Assembly: GCA_964463505.1 (NCBI GenBank)
Contig: CAYXDC010000003.1
Span: 10,657 to 74,656 of the forward strand
DNA from: an uncultured Anaerolineaceae bacterium
Lineage (GTDB): Bacteria > Chloroflexota > Anaerolineae > Anaerolineales > UBA4823
Direction: 5' to 3'
Length of the DNA: 64,000 bases
Each line of letters starts with the position of its first letter. Positions within the stretch are counted from its first letter, which is position 1. Position numbers and translations under genes: made by a program. Shown here piece by piece: positions 1 to 9,670 of the stretch. The notes beneath the pieces were generated by a model. It ran no database searches and was not told the origin of the DNA. It saw only the letters and a list, made by a program, of their open reading frames with translations.

Positions 1-864
1 CCTGAAAAGGAAGTAGATGTCAATCTCGCCGCCCAACATGTCGTAGCCGGGCGCTACCTCACATCTCAAGATGCTGATATGGTCTTCATCGGCCAGGGTC
101 TTGCGACAGCAATGGGCGTCCTGGCTGGTGACCGGATTACCCTGACAGGCAAGGCGACCCACGAGCAGATGCGCAGCCGGACCATGACTGTCGTTGGCAT
201 TTATGACCTCGGCATGCCCGATATTGAAAAACGCACCATATTTATGTCTCTTGCAGAAGCGCAGAGCCTGTATGATCTGAACGGTTTTTCCACCGAAGTC
301 GCGATTTCATTAAAACAGCTTGGACAAGAAGCGCTTGTCATTCAGGCCCTTGAACCCATGTTGCCCGGGTATGAGGTTGAATCCTGGGAAAGTAATTTTC
401 CTGAGCTTACCCAGGCCCTGGGCACCAAGGGTGCGGTGATGAATATTTTTAGTGTAATCATCATGATGGTAGCAGGCATCGGCATCCTGAATATGCTCCT
501 GATGGCTGTGTACGAACGCACCCGTGAAATCGGTTTAATGGGTGCGTTGGGCCTAAAACCGCGCCAAATCTCGCTGCTTTTCATCCTGGAAGGCACCATG
601 ATCGGTTTGGTTGGCGTTTTTGCAGGTATCTGCATGGGATTATTGTTTAATGGTCTGCTGATGCAGGTTGGGATTGACTTTGCTCAATTCGGTAACATAA
701 CCAGTTACATGGCTCTATTAGGTGGACCGGTTTATCCTACCTGGGGTATTGAAAATCTTGCATCGCGCGGGCTGACTGTCGCAATCATCTCAACACTGGC
801 AGCATTCTATCCAGCGCGAGAAGCGGCCAACCGCGAGCCTGCCGAAGCCTTGCATTTCGTATGA
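1..864 (+). CDS. ABC transporter permease, FtsX/MacB family (5' end lies upstream of window)
   Basis: Frame 1 is open from base 1 (PEKEVDVNLAAQHVVAGRYL..) and continuous with ORF 79..864. C-terminal FtsX-type TM bundle with YERTREIG motif. First gene of a permease-permease-ATPase-adaptor set. Confidence 0.8.
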   Translation, partial: PEKEVDVNLAAQHVVAGRYLTSQDADMVFIGQGLATAMGVLAGDRITLTGKATHEQMRSRTMTVVGIYDLGMPDIEKRTIFMSLAEAQSLYDLNGFSTEVAISLKQLGQEALVIQALEPMLPGYEVESWESNFPELTQALGTKGAVMNIFSVIIMMVAGIGILNMLLMAVYERTREIGLMGALGLKPRQISLLFILEGTMIGLVGVFAGICMGLLFNGLLMQVGIDFAQFGNITSYMALLGGPVYPTWGIENLASRGLTVAIISTLAAFYPAREAANREPAEALHFV

Positions 865-873
865 GGTAGACTG

Positions 874-2091
874 ATGATACAACTCATTAAGATGGCTTAC
901 CGTGATCTTGGGCGCAACCGCCGGCGCTCTTTTCTTTCCTCTCTAGCTCTAGGGGTTGGTCTGGCGCTTTTATTGCTGATGGCTGCTTTTGTAAATGGTG
1001 AGATGAACAGTACTTTAGATAACACCATCCGCTTGCAAAGTGGGCATCTTCAAATTCGCGCCCAAACATATGACGAAACCAAATCCAGCCTAAAATGGGT
1101 GGACCTGGTTGAAAACCCTGAGCCGCTCATCGAACAGATCGCCAGTCTGCCACAAGTGAAAGCGGCGACCCCCCGGCTGTATGCCAGCGGGATTGTGTCA
1201 GCGATGAATAAATCGTCTGGTGTGCGAGTATTTGGTATCGATCCCCTCTCCCCAGCCAATGCACCCTACAGCGAAGGCATTGTCAATGGCGAATATTTAT
1301 CAGCCGATGATCGCCAGGGTGTTTTGATCGGTCAGCCGCTGGCAGAAAAATTAGAACTGTCGACAGGTGATCAGGTTATGCTCTCGGTGAATACCTCCAA
1401 TGGGGATGTAGATGAGCAATTATTTACCATCCGAGGGATCTATTCTACCCAAACCTATGGTTTTGATAGTTCGACGATCTTTCTCCCGCTGGGGAAAGCG
1501 CAGGCTATAACCCAAACGGAAAATCATGCCAGTGCAATTTTTGTCTTATTGCAAGAACGCGATCAAACAGATGAGGTTGTGGCAGCTATGCAAACCTCGA
1601 AGTATGAAATCCTGACCTGGACTGAGATGAATGAGCTTATTCTTCAGACTGAAGAGTTATCCAATGCGTATATGAGCCTGCTGTATCTCATCGTTTTGGG
1701 AATCACGGCAACCGTCATTGTTAATACATTGGTCATGGCGGTCTACGAACGAACGCGTGAGATTGGGATCCTTTCAGCCATTGGCATGAAAAGCGGTCGC
1801 ATTATGGCTTTGTTCCTGGCCGAATCCACGTTGCTCGCCATCGGAGGCATCCTGATCGGTTTAGTTCTGGGTTCTCTGGTGGTTGGGTATCTTTCGAAAT
1901 ATGGTTTTTACATCGGCAATATGGGTATTACCGGTTTGCTTATGGAGAACAGGATTTATACTGACCCAACCTTAGAGGATACCCTCAGCCTGAGTTTGAT
2001 TGCTCTGGTCATCACTTTAATAGCTGGTCTTTATCCAGCGATATTAGCCACACGCTTGGAGCCCGTCGACGCGCTGAGGGCTGGTCAATAA
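874..2091 (+). CDS. ABC transporter permease, FtsX/MacB family
   Basis: 405 aa with an N-terminal TM, a large extracytoplasmic domain and a C-terminal TM bundle. Carries the same VYERTREIG motif as the upstream paralogue. Confidence 0.85.
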   Translation: MIQLIKMAYRDLGRNRRRSFLSSLALGVGLALLLLMAAFVNGEMNSTLDNTIRLQSGHLQIRAQTYDETKSSLKWVDLVENPEPLIEQIASLPQVKAATPRLYASGIVSAMNKSSGVRVFGIDPLSPANAPYSEGIVNGEYLSADDRQGVLIGQPLAEKLELSTGDQVMLSVNTSNGDVDEQLFTIRGIYSTQTYGFDSSTIFLPLGKAQAITQTENHASAIFVLLQERDQTDEVVAAMQTSKYEILTWTEMNELILQTEELSNAYMSLLYLIVLGITATVIVNTLVMAVYERTREIGILSAIGMKSGRIMALFLAESTLLAIGGILIGLVLGSLVVGYLSKYGFYIGNMGITGLLMENRIYTDPTLEDTLSLSLIALVITLIAGLYPAILATRLEPVDALRAGQ

Positions 2092-2110
2092 AGGGCAAAA
2101 GGATAATAAA

Positions 2111-2821
2111 ATGGAAGTTACTAAGATTCAAAACGTGACGAAGTCGTTTAAGACCGGTAAGGTCGAAACCCAGGCTCTGCGAGGGGTTAGTTTTAGCATT
2201 GAGAGTGGCGAATTCACCGCCCTGATTGGACCTTCAGGCTCGGGTAAAACAACCTTATTGCAATTAATCGGTTGTTTGGACTTGCCAACCAGCGGGCAAG
2301 TGTATGTCAATGGCAAGGATGTCAGCCACCTGAACCGTAACCAACGCGCCGATATGCGCAAGGGAACGATCGGCTTTATATTTCAATTCTTCGCGCTGAT
2401 CCCCACTCTTACCGCCTATGAAAACGTTGAAATGCCCTTACTCTTGAATGGACATACACCCACAGAGCGACGTACCCGGGTTAATCAACTACTCGAATCG
2501 GTTGGTCTTGCTGAGCGTGCACACCACCGGCCGGACCAGTTAAGCGGTGGAGAGCAGCAGCGCGTGGCGATTGCCCGAGCTTTGTCGATGAAGCCTGCCT
2601 TGATCCTGGCCGATGAGCCGACTGCTAATCTTGATACGCCGAATGGGAAACTGGTGATGGATACAATGCTAAGGCTAAACCAGGAAACAGGGGTGACTTT
2701 TGTATTTGCCACCCACGATCCGCGCGTTATTCAATATGCTCGCCGTGTGATCACGCTGCGCGATGGCTTAATTGTTGCGAATGATCTTGTTGAATCAGTC
2801 AGTATTGGAGTTAAAGAATGA
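2111..2821 (+). CDS. ABC transporter ATP-binding protein (MacB/LolD type)
   Basis: Walker A GPSGSGKTT, ABC signature LSGGEQQRVAIARAL, Walker B LILADEPT. Confidence 0.95.
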   Translation: MEVTKIQNVTKSFKTGKVETQALRGVSFSIESGEFTALIGPSGSGKTTLLQLIGCLDLPTSGQVYVNGKDVSHLNRNQRADMRKGTIGFIFQFFALIPTLTAYENVEMPLLLNGHTPTERRTRVNQLLESVGLAERAHHRPDQLSGGEQQRVAIARALSMKPALILADEPTANLDTPNGKLVMDTMLRLNQETGVTFVFATHDPRVIQYARRVITLRDGLIVANDLVESVSIGVKE

Positions 2822-4041
2822 TGCCCAAATATTTGGCTAACAATTTGTTCCTGGCCCTGTTGACCACCCTATTCTTAACAGGCTGTAGCGCTATAACTGG
2901 TACAACCCCCACCCCCTTACCAACCATTGCCTTGGATAATACCAGCAGTGCAACCTCCGTTTTACCTCAAGCAACAGGCTCCGGTGTGGCTGCGTCAGGC
3001 GTGATTGTGCCTGCTAAGGAAGCGAATATGGCTTTTGCCTCCGGTGGCATTGTTGAATCGATTGAGGTCGTCATCGGTGCACACGTGGATGCGGGTCAGG
3101 TTATCGCGCGGCTGGCTGGGGCTGAGCAGTTACAGGCTTCTTTATCGACTGCTGAGTTGGAAATATTGGTTGCACAACAAAATCTTGAAAAACTCACCAC
3201 TGACCTACCTGAAGAGCAAATTGCTGCTTTGCAGACGTTAAATGATGCTCGCAAGGCGTTGCGTGACGCCGAATTGAAGATCAGTGGTTTTGGTGTTCCA
3301 GCCGAGCAGATTGATGTGGAGGTTGCCCGCTCGAATGTCGCCCTGGCCAAGCGTGCTTTGGATCAAGCTTTGAAGGACTTTCAGCCTTATGAGAATAAGC
3401 TGGAAAGCAATTTGAAACGTGCAGCCCTGCTCAGCAAGTTGTCCGATGCGCAAAAGCTGTATGACAATGCTGTCCAACAATTAAACCGGCTTACTGGCGT
3501 ATTTGTACCAGAATTTGATATGTCTCAGGCACAAACCGAGCTGGAAATTGCCCAGACCAGGCTGACGCTGGCCGAAGACAAATATGCACAACTCGCAGAA
3601 GGGCCGGATCCTGCGGAGTTGGAATTAGCTGAAGCGCGCTTACAAAATGCTCAGGATCGAGCGCAAGCTGTGCGCGCGAATCTTGCTAATTTGGAATTGA
3701 AAGCTCCGTTTGCCGGCGTGGTGAGCCAGATCAATATTCAAGCTGGTGAATGGGTGATCCCTGGCCAATCGATCCTGGCTTTAGCGGACTTAGACCATTT
3801 ACGCGTCGAGACGACCGACTTGAGCGAGCGGGATATTCCCAATGTTGAGATTGGCCAATCGGTTACAGTACAGGTTACCGCTTTAGACCAGGAAGTCTCT
3901 GGACAGGTAACGGAGATTTCTCCCCTTGCTGACACATTGGGAGGCGACGTAGTCTATAAAACGATGATTGACCTGGATACAATTCCCTCTGATTTACGGG
4001 CGGGCATGAGCGTGGAAGTACAGTTTGGTGTCACTCAATAA
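2818..4041 (+). CDS. HlyD/membrane-fusion-family periplasmic adaptor, probable lipoprotein
   Basis: ATGA start/stop overlap with the ATPase gene. Signal peptide ends in LTGCS. Long Ala/Leu/Gln/Glu-rich coiled coil between beta-rich ends (ELKAPFAGVV). Confidence 0.8.
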   Translation: MMPKYLANNLFLALLTTLFLTGCSAITGTTPTPLPTIALDNTSSATSVLPQATGSGVAASGVIVPAKEANMAFASGGIVESIEVVIGAHVDAGQVIARLAGAEQLQASLSTAELEILVAQQNLEKLTTDLPEEQIAALQTLNDARKALRDAELKISGFGVPAEQIDVEVARSNVALAKRALDQALKDFQPYENKLESNLKRAALLSKLSDAQKLYDNAVQQLNRLTGVFVPEFDMSQAQTELEIAQTRLTLAEDKYAQLAEGPDPAELELAEARLQNAQDRAQAVRANLANLELKAPFAGVVSQINIQAGEWVIPGQSILALADLDHLRVETTDLSERDIPNVEIGQSVTVQVTALDQEVSGQVTEISPLADTLGGDVVYKTMIDLDTIPSDLRAGMSVEVQFGVTQ

Positions 4042-4113
4042 TCGTTTAAGATAAAACTAACACCCTTATCACCGAGCAGCCTTGGTGTTCTAAGGCCCTG
4101 GCCGGCATATATG

Positions 4114-4145
4114 TGCCCTCACCTGGCGTCACCCAGGTGAGGGCA
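4114..4145. terminator. GC-rich hairpin between convergent genes (possible bidirectional terminator)
   Basis: TGCCCTCACCTGG-cgtcac-CCAGGTGAGGGCA, a 13-bp perfect stem with A/T-rich flanks. Confidence 0.5.
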
Positions 4146-4173
4146 TAAATTTGTCCCTTGGCGAAGCAATAAA

Positions 4174-4944
4174 TTAACCGGATCCAAGCCGCATGATTGT
4201 GTTCTCCAACAGGGCCAGGAGCAGCAGCAGAATCAATAAAAGAAAGACAATTACCATAAACCAGGATCCGGTCAGGGTGGCCAGTATGCCAGCCAGGGTC
4301 AGAATCGCCAGGGCCAGCATGGTATAAGCTGAACGCCGAGTGCGGTCTTTTAATGGACGTTTACCTGTCTGCCATAAAAACATACCCAGGATCATTCCAA
4401 ACAGACTGGCGCTGATGCTGATCACGATGATTTGCTGGCTATTCAGCCAGGAATGATTCACCACCAGGATGCCACAGTGACTGGTGCGGGCAGGTATGCG
4501 TAATTGTTCGTTGATTAAGTAAGTCCGCGCTAAAATTAATCGATTGAACTTAAGATTCTGAATGCTCGCCATCCAGGAAAATTGGCGCTGTTCTTGGGGG
4601 TTGAGTTGGATGGTCTGACTGTCTGTTATCGCCTCGATAAATGGATCGGGGTTACTCAGATCTGTCTGAAGCATCACTTTGACCGGGCGATCCAATCGAT
4701 TCTCGACCCGGGTGGAAATGGTGGCTGTCTCTTGTGAGGTGATCAATACCGGGCAGGTCAGACCTTTGAGTCTGGCATCCATTGGGATCGATGAATCGAA
4801 AGCAGCCGCTTCACTGGTTCCCCAGAATGCGCCACCTTCCAGATCGCTCCACAGGCCCAGACTGATAAAGATCACACCAATCAAAAAACCCACAATAAAG
4901 AGCGCTGTCCCTAGAGAGTTCCAAATGGTATTTGACGATTTCAC
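4174..4944 (-). CDS. hypothetical membrane protein
   Basis: 256 aa with one N-terminal TM, a non-membrane region of about 150 aa, and C-terminal TMs ending in a poly-Leu stretch. No motif recognised. Confidence 0.55.
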   Translation of the reverse strand: MKSSNTIWNSLGTALFIVGFLIGVIFISLGLWSDLEGGAFWGTSEAAAFDSSIPMDARLKGLTCPVLITSQETATISTRVENRLDRPVKVMLQTDLSNPDPFIEAITDSQTIQLNPQEQRQFSWMASIQNLKFNRLILARTYLINEQLRIPARTSHCGILVVNHSWLNSQQIIVISISASLFGMILGMFLWQTGKRPLKDRTRRSAYTMLALAILTLAGILATLTGSWFMVIVFLLLILLLLLALLENTIMRLGSG

Positions 4945-4968
4945 TGGTTAAGCTCCTGTCCAGGTATA

Positions 4969-5337
4969 TTAGCCGGCTGTTGCCATCGAGCGCAAAACGA
5001 TCCCCACCAGGAATAAAAATCCGACGCTGTATAATAACATCACCTGGCGAGAATTTTCTCCATGCGTGTAAAGGAAAATACCTGGCACTGCCAGAACATT
5101 AATAGCGCCATACAGGATATGCATCCCACCTTGCAATTCTCCGACGCCACTGATCCACAGATATAAACCAATTAAGCCCTGTAGCACAAATAATATCTCA
5201 GCGATGACCAGTGCGCCAAAATAGCTGCTATCCACACCCTGCTTGCGGAAAAATCGCCAAAGTCCCCACACGGCCATCAGAATGATATAGAAAAGCATCG
5301 TATTGCCCAACCGGGCATGAATATCTATGATCGACAT
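4969..5337 (-). CDS. hypothetical small integral membrane protein (about 4 TM)
   Basis: 122 aa, almost entirely hydrophobic helices. No motif recognised. Confidence 0.55.
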   Translation of the reverse strand: MSIIDIHARLGNTMLFYIILMAVWGLWRFFRKQGVDSSYFGALVIAEILFVLQGLIGLYLWISGVGELQGGMHILYGAINVLAVPGIFLYTHGENSRQVMLLYSVGFLFLVGIVLRSMATAG

Positions 5338-5515
5338 CTTACTCCCTCCAGGGTTCTATCAGGATTGCATTATTATAATCCTCACCCAAGATGAAGTATC
5401 CACCTTTAAATGTGGTAATCACACCTCCCACCAGATAGCTGAGTCTTTAAGATAAAAACTTGTGCACCCAGCCGATTTTTCCTGACCAAAAGATAATAAT
5501 TGTATTAATACGTGC

Positions 5516-5544
5516 TTGCCCTTCAGGAGTGCTCATGCTATAAT
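5516..5544 (+). promoter_or_regulatory. candidate sigma70-type promoter of the Rieske/cytochrome b operon
   Basis: TTGCCC (5516-5521), 17 nt spacer, TATAAT (5539-5544). Lies about 50 nt upstream of the start codon. Confidence 0.4.
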
Positions 5545-5593
5545 TCGGGCGAGGGACAATTGGGATAATTATAATCATTTAAGGAGGATATAT

Positions 5594-6151
5594 ATGGCTA
5601 AGGAGACTGCTCCGGCCGCGGAGGGGAAAGTTCAGGTGAACCGGCGGGAATTTCTTAATCTTGCCTGGCTCGCCTCGCTTGGATTTCTGACGGTCAATGT
5701 GGCGGGGATTACTTATTTATTTGCAATGCCGCGTTTCGAAGAGGGCGAATTCGGCGGTCTTTACACAGTTGGTTCAGCAAGTGAGCTGCCAGAGATAAAT
5801 GCTGCTCCTCAGAACCATCCAAAAGTCAAACTGTGGATATCCAATACAGATAAGGGCGTAACAGCTCTGTATAAGGTTTGCACGCATCTGGGTTGTTTGT
5901 ATAACTGGAGCGATCAGGATGAGATTTTCGCCTGTCCATGTCATGGATCACAATTTTCACTGGATGGTGAATTCATCCAGGGTCCAGCGCCGCGCTCCCT
6001 AGATCGTTTTGTCCTGCGCGCAGTAGATCCTGAGACCAATCAGGTGCTGGCGCAAGCGGATAACGGGGAACCGTTACAACTGCCTGATAACCCAAATGCT
6101 GTTATTCAGGTAGATACCGGACAGCGTATTCAAGGTCAGGCGCATGCTTGA
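5594..6151 (+). CDS. Rieske [2Fe-2S] subunit of a cytochrome bc/b6f-type complex
   Basis: Rieske boxes CTHLGC and CPCHGSQF. Twin-arginine signal NRREFLN followed by a TM. Start moved to ATG 5594, which sits 6 nt after AAGGAGG; the ORF-track start 5516 has no RBS. Confidence 0.9.
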   Translation: MAKETAPAAEGKVQVNRREFLNLAWLASLGFLTVNVAGITYLFAMPRFEEGEFGGLYTVGSASELPEINAAPQNHPKVKLWISNTDKGVTALYKVCTHLGCLYNWSDQDEIFACPCHGSQFSLDGEFIQGPAPRSLDRFVLRAVDPETNQVLAQADNGEPLQLPDNPNAVIQVDTGQRIQGQAHA

Positions 6152-6205
6152 TTAATCGTTGGGTGGGGATTGTATTTGCATTAATCATTTTTGGGGAGTA
6201 AATCC

Positions 6206-7783
6206 ATGCTTAGAAACGCCAATTTGCAAGATCTCAGGAAAAAGATCGGCGGTATGATCGATCAACGCGTGCGGGCCATTACTGCCGGCTTGAGCTTGAA
6301 TGAGCTGCGGGCCTTGGTGCGCGGTGAACCGCCTACCGAAAAACCCAATCCGCGTTACAAGGTGCATACCACCAGTTTCTTGTTTCACATTCGTCCGCGT
6401 TATTATGAGAGGGGTAGTACGATATTCGCCCATACATTTCGTTTGGGCTTTTTCACCTCTTTCTTTTTCTTTGTTGAAGTGATCACCGGACTGATCTTGA
6501 TGGTGTACTATACACCTTCACCTTCAGAGGCTTATAACTCAATTCTTAAATTAATGACCAATGTCCCGTTTGGACAGATGCTGCGAGATATCCACCGTTT
6601 GGGGGCGGAAGGGATGGTCATCTTTACCACATTGCATATGTTAAGGACGTTTTTCACGGGCTCTTATAAGAAAGAGCGTTCGTTTACCTGGCTTACAGGC
6701 GTTGCGCTCCTGGGTATAACGTTATTTCTATCCTTTAGCGGCTACCTCTTGCCCTGGGATCAGCTTGCATACTGGGCAGTCACGATCGGAACCAGTATGG
6801 CGGAGGCTGCTCCAGTATTTGGGAATGAGGTCAACTTACTCATGCGGGGATCACCTGATATCGCAGCCAATGGATTATTGCGTTTCTACTTGCTGCATGT
6901 GGTGCTCATGCCATTTGCGGCGATCTTAGTCATCAGCATTCATTATTATAAGGTTTCCCGTGAACATGGCATTTCACTTCCGGCGAAATATATCGAAGGC
7001 GATGTCGCGCCTGGCGTGGCTAAAGAAGCAAAAACCAGGATTGATTTCCTTCCTGATCTGCTTACCCATGAAGTATTCCTGACAGCTTTAGGATTATTTG
7101 CGCTTGTTTTAGGCGTGACCGTATTTGGGTACCATGCACCACTGGAAAATATTGCCGATCCACAAGTTACACCTTTGGACACGAAAGCTCCCTGGTATTT
7201 CTGGTGGCTGCAAGGGATGTTGAAGCTGGGTGACAAAAGCTTGATGGGGATCGTTTTGCCCACGATCATTGTGGCAATCCTGGTTGGTGTGCCTTACATC
7301 GATCGTAATCCTCACCGCAGCCTCTACAAACGTCCACTTGCCGTATCTTTGGGGCTGGTGGCAGTTCTGGCATTGATCGTGCTGAGTTATATGGGCTTGC
7401 CTCAATATGGGATTAAAACCTCTGCCGCCACGCGTATTGTACAGGATCTGGCGCCGCAAGAAGGAGCTGGACCGGTCCATCTGATTCCGTACAATCAGCT
7501 TCAGTCGGGTGTATACGAAGTCAACCAAAGTCCCGACCGTAATCTCTGTCCTGAGGTTGATTACGGTTGTCCTGAATTAGAATCAGTCTTTGGTTCTTAC
7601 ACGGAGCGCGTCAACAACGCAATAAATGTGGGTGACCTTCCCGCAGCTAATGCGGTGATGCTGATCGAGGATTGGCAGCAAGACTTAAAGAAAGTTACCT
7701 TCCGGATAATATGGGAAGAAGATGAACAGAGCAAGACTTACGAGCGCCACCTCTATTTGCATCGCGAACGGGGGGCCGAATAA
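6206..7783 (+). CDS. cytochrome b (b6 plus subunit-IV-like halves fused) with C-terminal soluble extension
   Basis: Multi-TM protein with haem-ligand context DIHRLGAEGMVIFTTLHMLR and the PWYFWWLQ motif of the subunit-IV half. ATG 6206 follows GGGGAG. The last roughly 128 aa have no TM. Confidence 0.9.
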   Translation: MLRNANLQDLRKKIGGMIDQRVRAITAGLSLNELRALVRGEPPTEKPNPRYKVHTTSFLFHIRPRYYERGSTIFAHTFRLGFFTSFFFFVEVITGLILMVYYTPSPSEAYNSILKLMTNVPFGQMLRDIHRLGAEGMVIFTTLHMLRTFFTGSYKKERSFTWLTGVALLGITLFLSFSGYLLPWDQLAYWAVTIGTSMAEAAPVFGNEVNLLMRGSPDIAANGLLRFYLLHVVLMPFAAILVISIHYYKVSREHGISLPAKYIEGDVAPGVAKEAKTRIDFLPDLLTHEVFLTALGLFALVLGVTVFGYHAPLENIADPQVTPLDTKAPWYFWWLQGMLKLGDKSLMGIVLPTIIVAILVGVPYIDRNPHRSLYKRPLAVSLGLVAVLALIVLSYMGLPQYGIKTSAATRIVQDLAPQEGAGPVHLIPYNQLQSGVYEVNQSPDRNLCPEVDYGCPELESVFGSYTERVNNAINVGDLPAANAVMLIEDWQQDLKKVTFRIIWEEDEQSKTYERHLYLHRERGAE

Positions 7784-7794
7784 CGGCGATTACT

Positions 7795-7831
7795 GCAGGC
7801 AACTGTAGCTGTATTGGCTATAGTTGCCTGC
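7795..7831 (+). other. intra-operon stem-loop after cytochrome b
   Basis: GCAGGCAACT, 17 nt loop, AGTTGCCTGC: a 10-bp perfect stem. Only a weak T tract follows. Confidence 0.35.
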
Positions 7832-7873
7832 TTGTTATACAATATAGCCTGGTATGGGAGGGCTTGAACCATT

Positions 7874-8716
7874 ATGTCGCGGGTTAATCTTGAAATTACA
7901 CTTGGAATTTTGCTGGTTCTGATCACCAGCAGTGTGATCTTATTTTATGGTCTGCGCGAAGAAGAGCGCATGGCAGAATATAAAGCCTGGGAAAAAGCAC
8001 GCTCGATCGAAGTTGGAGCTGAATTGTTCTCAGCCCAATGCAGTCGTTGCCATGGCACACAGGGTTTGGGTATTGTAGGTTTATGCCCTCCCTTAAATGA
8101 CCGTTATTTCTTTGACGATCGCCTGGCTGATGTTGAGTGGAGCGGCACTATGGAAGATTATATTGTCGCTACAGTTTCCAGCGGACGGATGGCTTCCACA
8201 CGCCCCCAATTGTACCCAGGTGAAGGAACGCCTGCAATGCCCTCATTCCACGAGAACTATGGTGGACCATTGCGGGAAGATCAAGTCCGCAGTATTGCAG
8301 CTTTTATCTTAAATTGGGAAGAGACTGCTCAGCTCATTGAAGTGGCAACGGGACCTGTAGAAGATGCAGTTGGAACCGATATTACTGTCGAACTTCCTGA
8401 AGGGGATGCTGCAAATGGTGAGGCTCTGGCAGTCTCAATAGGCTGTGCTGCCTGCCATATCCAGGCGCCAACAGGCCCAGCCTGGCTGGCAGATTCTGGA
8501 CAGGCAGGGATTGGTGAGCGCGCTGCCCAACGGATTGCAGATCCTGATTACACAGGTAACGCGCAGACTGCCGAACAGTACCTGCTGGAGTCGATCGTCA
8601 TGCCCGGCGTGTACATGGTTCCAGATTACCAGGATCTCATGCCGAACAATTATGGCGATACTTTGGCAAAGCAAGATGTTGCTGACCTGATTGCCTATAT
8701 GCTGACACTCAAGTAG
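7874..8716 (+). CDS. dihaem c-type cytochrome with N-terminal membrane anchor
   Basis: Two CxxCH sites (CSRCH, CAACH). N-terminal TM ITLGILLVLITSSVILFYGL. Confidence 0.85.
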   Translation: MSRVNLEITLGILLVLITSSVILFYGLREEERMAEYKAWEKARSIEVGAELFSAQCSRCHGTQGLGIVGLCPPLNDRYFFDDRLADVEWSGTMEDYIVATVSSGRMASTRPQLYPGEGTPAMPSFHENYGGPLREDQVRSIAAFILNWEETAQLIEVATGPVEDAVGTDITVELPEGDAANGEALAVSIGCAACHIQAPTGPAWLADSGQAGIGERAAQRIADPDYTGNAQTAEQYLLESIVMPGVYMVPDYQDLMPNNYGDTLAKQDVADLIAYMLTLK

Positions 8717-8730
8717 GAGGGAATGGATTG

Positions 8731-9564
8731 ATGCCTGCCTCCAAAATTCTACGTTTGGTGGGGCTGTTGTTGGTCTTGCTGTGTCTCCTCTTATTTAGTG
8801 GAAGATTACAGGTAACCGCCCAAACCTCTGATGCGACCCAGCTAGAACAGGGCGCCCAACTCTATGCAGAAAACTGCGCTGTCTGTCATGGGCAGAATGG
8901 AGAAGGTCGCATAGGCGCCACCCTGTCCAAAGATTGGCCATCGATTCGCCCTGAATTGACTGTCCGTACGATCATCGAACAGGGTGTTTCAGGTTCCGTG
9001 ATGCCTGCCTGGGGTCAGGAATATGGCGGTCCACTCAGCCAGGGGGAAGTCGATGCTCTGCTGGTTTACATCCTGAGCTGGCAAACGGGAGGGGCGCCTG
9101 TAATGACGCCTCAACCCACAGCCACTTTGCGACCGGCGCTCTCTCCGGTCCCGGAGGTAGAAGGTGATCCAAATCGCGGTGGGGTCTTGTTTGATGAGAA
9201 CTGCGCCATGTGCCACGGCCCGAACGCAGAAGGCCGTATCGGCGCGACGCTGGCAAAATCCTGGCCTGGCATCCGGCCTGATCTGAGCATTAAAACCAGC
9301 ATCTCCAACGGTATTCCAGGCAGCCCCATGCCCGCCTGGAGCCAATCGAATGGCGGCCCACTGGTAGAGCAAGATATAAATGACCTGGTTGCTTTTATTT
9401 TGGCCTTACCTGCTGCTCAGGTGCTCCAGCCAACCGCTGTGGCGCCTGGTTCGGTAACATTGCCCTGGATGCAGGGATGGCTGGGCGTGCTGGTCTTTGT
9501 TTTCCTGCTGGTCATGATCCTCGTGCTGGCATGGGTCTTACAACGACGTTCTCGGACTGGCTGA
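8731..9564 (+). CDS. dihaem c-type cytochrome with signal peptide and C-terminal TM anchor
   Basis: CAVCH and CAMCH sites. Internal duplication (GEGRIGATLSKDWPSIRPEL / AEGRIGATLAKSWPGIRPDL). AGGAGG lies 10 nt before ATG 8731. Confidence 0.85.
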   Translation: MPASKILRLVGLLLVLLCLLLFSGRLQVTAQTSDATQLEQGAQLYAENCAVCHGQNGEGRIGATLSKDWPSIRPELTVRTIIEQGVSGSVMPAWGQEYGGPLSQGEVDALLVYILSWQTGGAPVMTPQPTATLRPALSPVPEVEGDPNRGGVLFDENCAMCHGPNAEGRIGATLAKSWPGIRPDLSIKTSISNGIPGSPMPAWSQSNGGPLVEQDINDLVAFILALPAAQVLQPTAVAPGSVTLPWMQGWLGVLVFVFLLVMILVLAWVLQRRSRTG

Positions 9565-9582
9565 GCTTATAAAATTGATCGC

Positions 9583-9616
9583 ACCGGGTTGTCGAAGGGC
9601 AGCCCGGTTTTTATTT
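9583..9616 (+). terminator. rho-independent terminator of the bc operon
   Basis: ACCGGGTTG / CAGCCCGGT stem (9 bp, one G.U pair) followed by TTTTTATTT. Confidence 0.65.
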
Positions 9617-9638
9617 GCCTGTCGGATGAGACTGGTTA

Positions 9639-9667
9639 TTGACAAGCATGCCCCTCTGCGGTATCCT
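9639..9667 (+). promoter_or_regulatory. promoter of the SRP RNA gene
   Basis: TTGACA (9639-9644), 17 nt spacer, TATCCT (9662-9667). Confidence 0.6.
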
Positions 9668-9670
9668 ACG

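Noticed and set aside
5516-5593. N-terminal 26-codon extension of the Rieske ORF (TTG start in the ORF track)
   Set aside because: The extension overlaps the candidate promoter and has no RBS. ATG 5594 has a perfect AAGGAGG and is followed directly by the twin-arginine signal.
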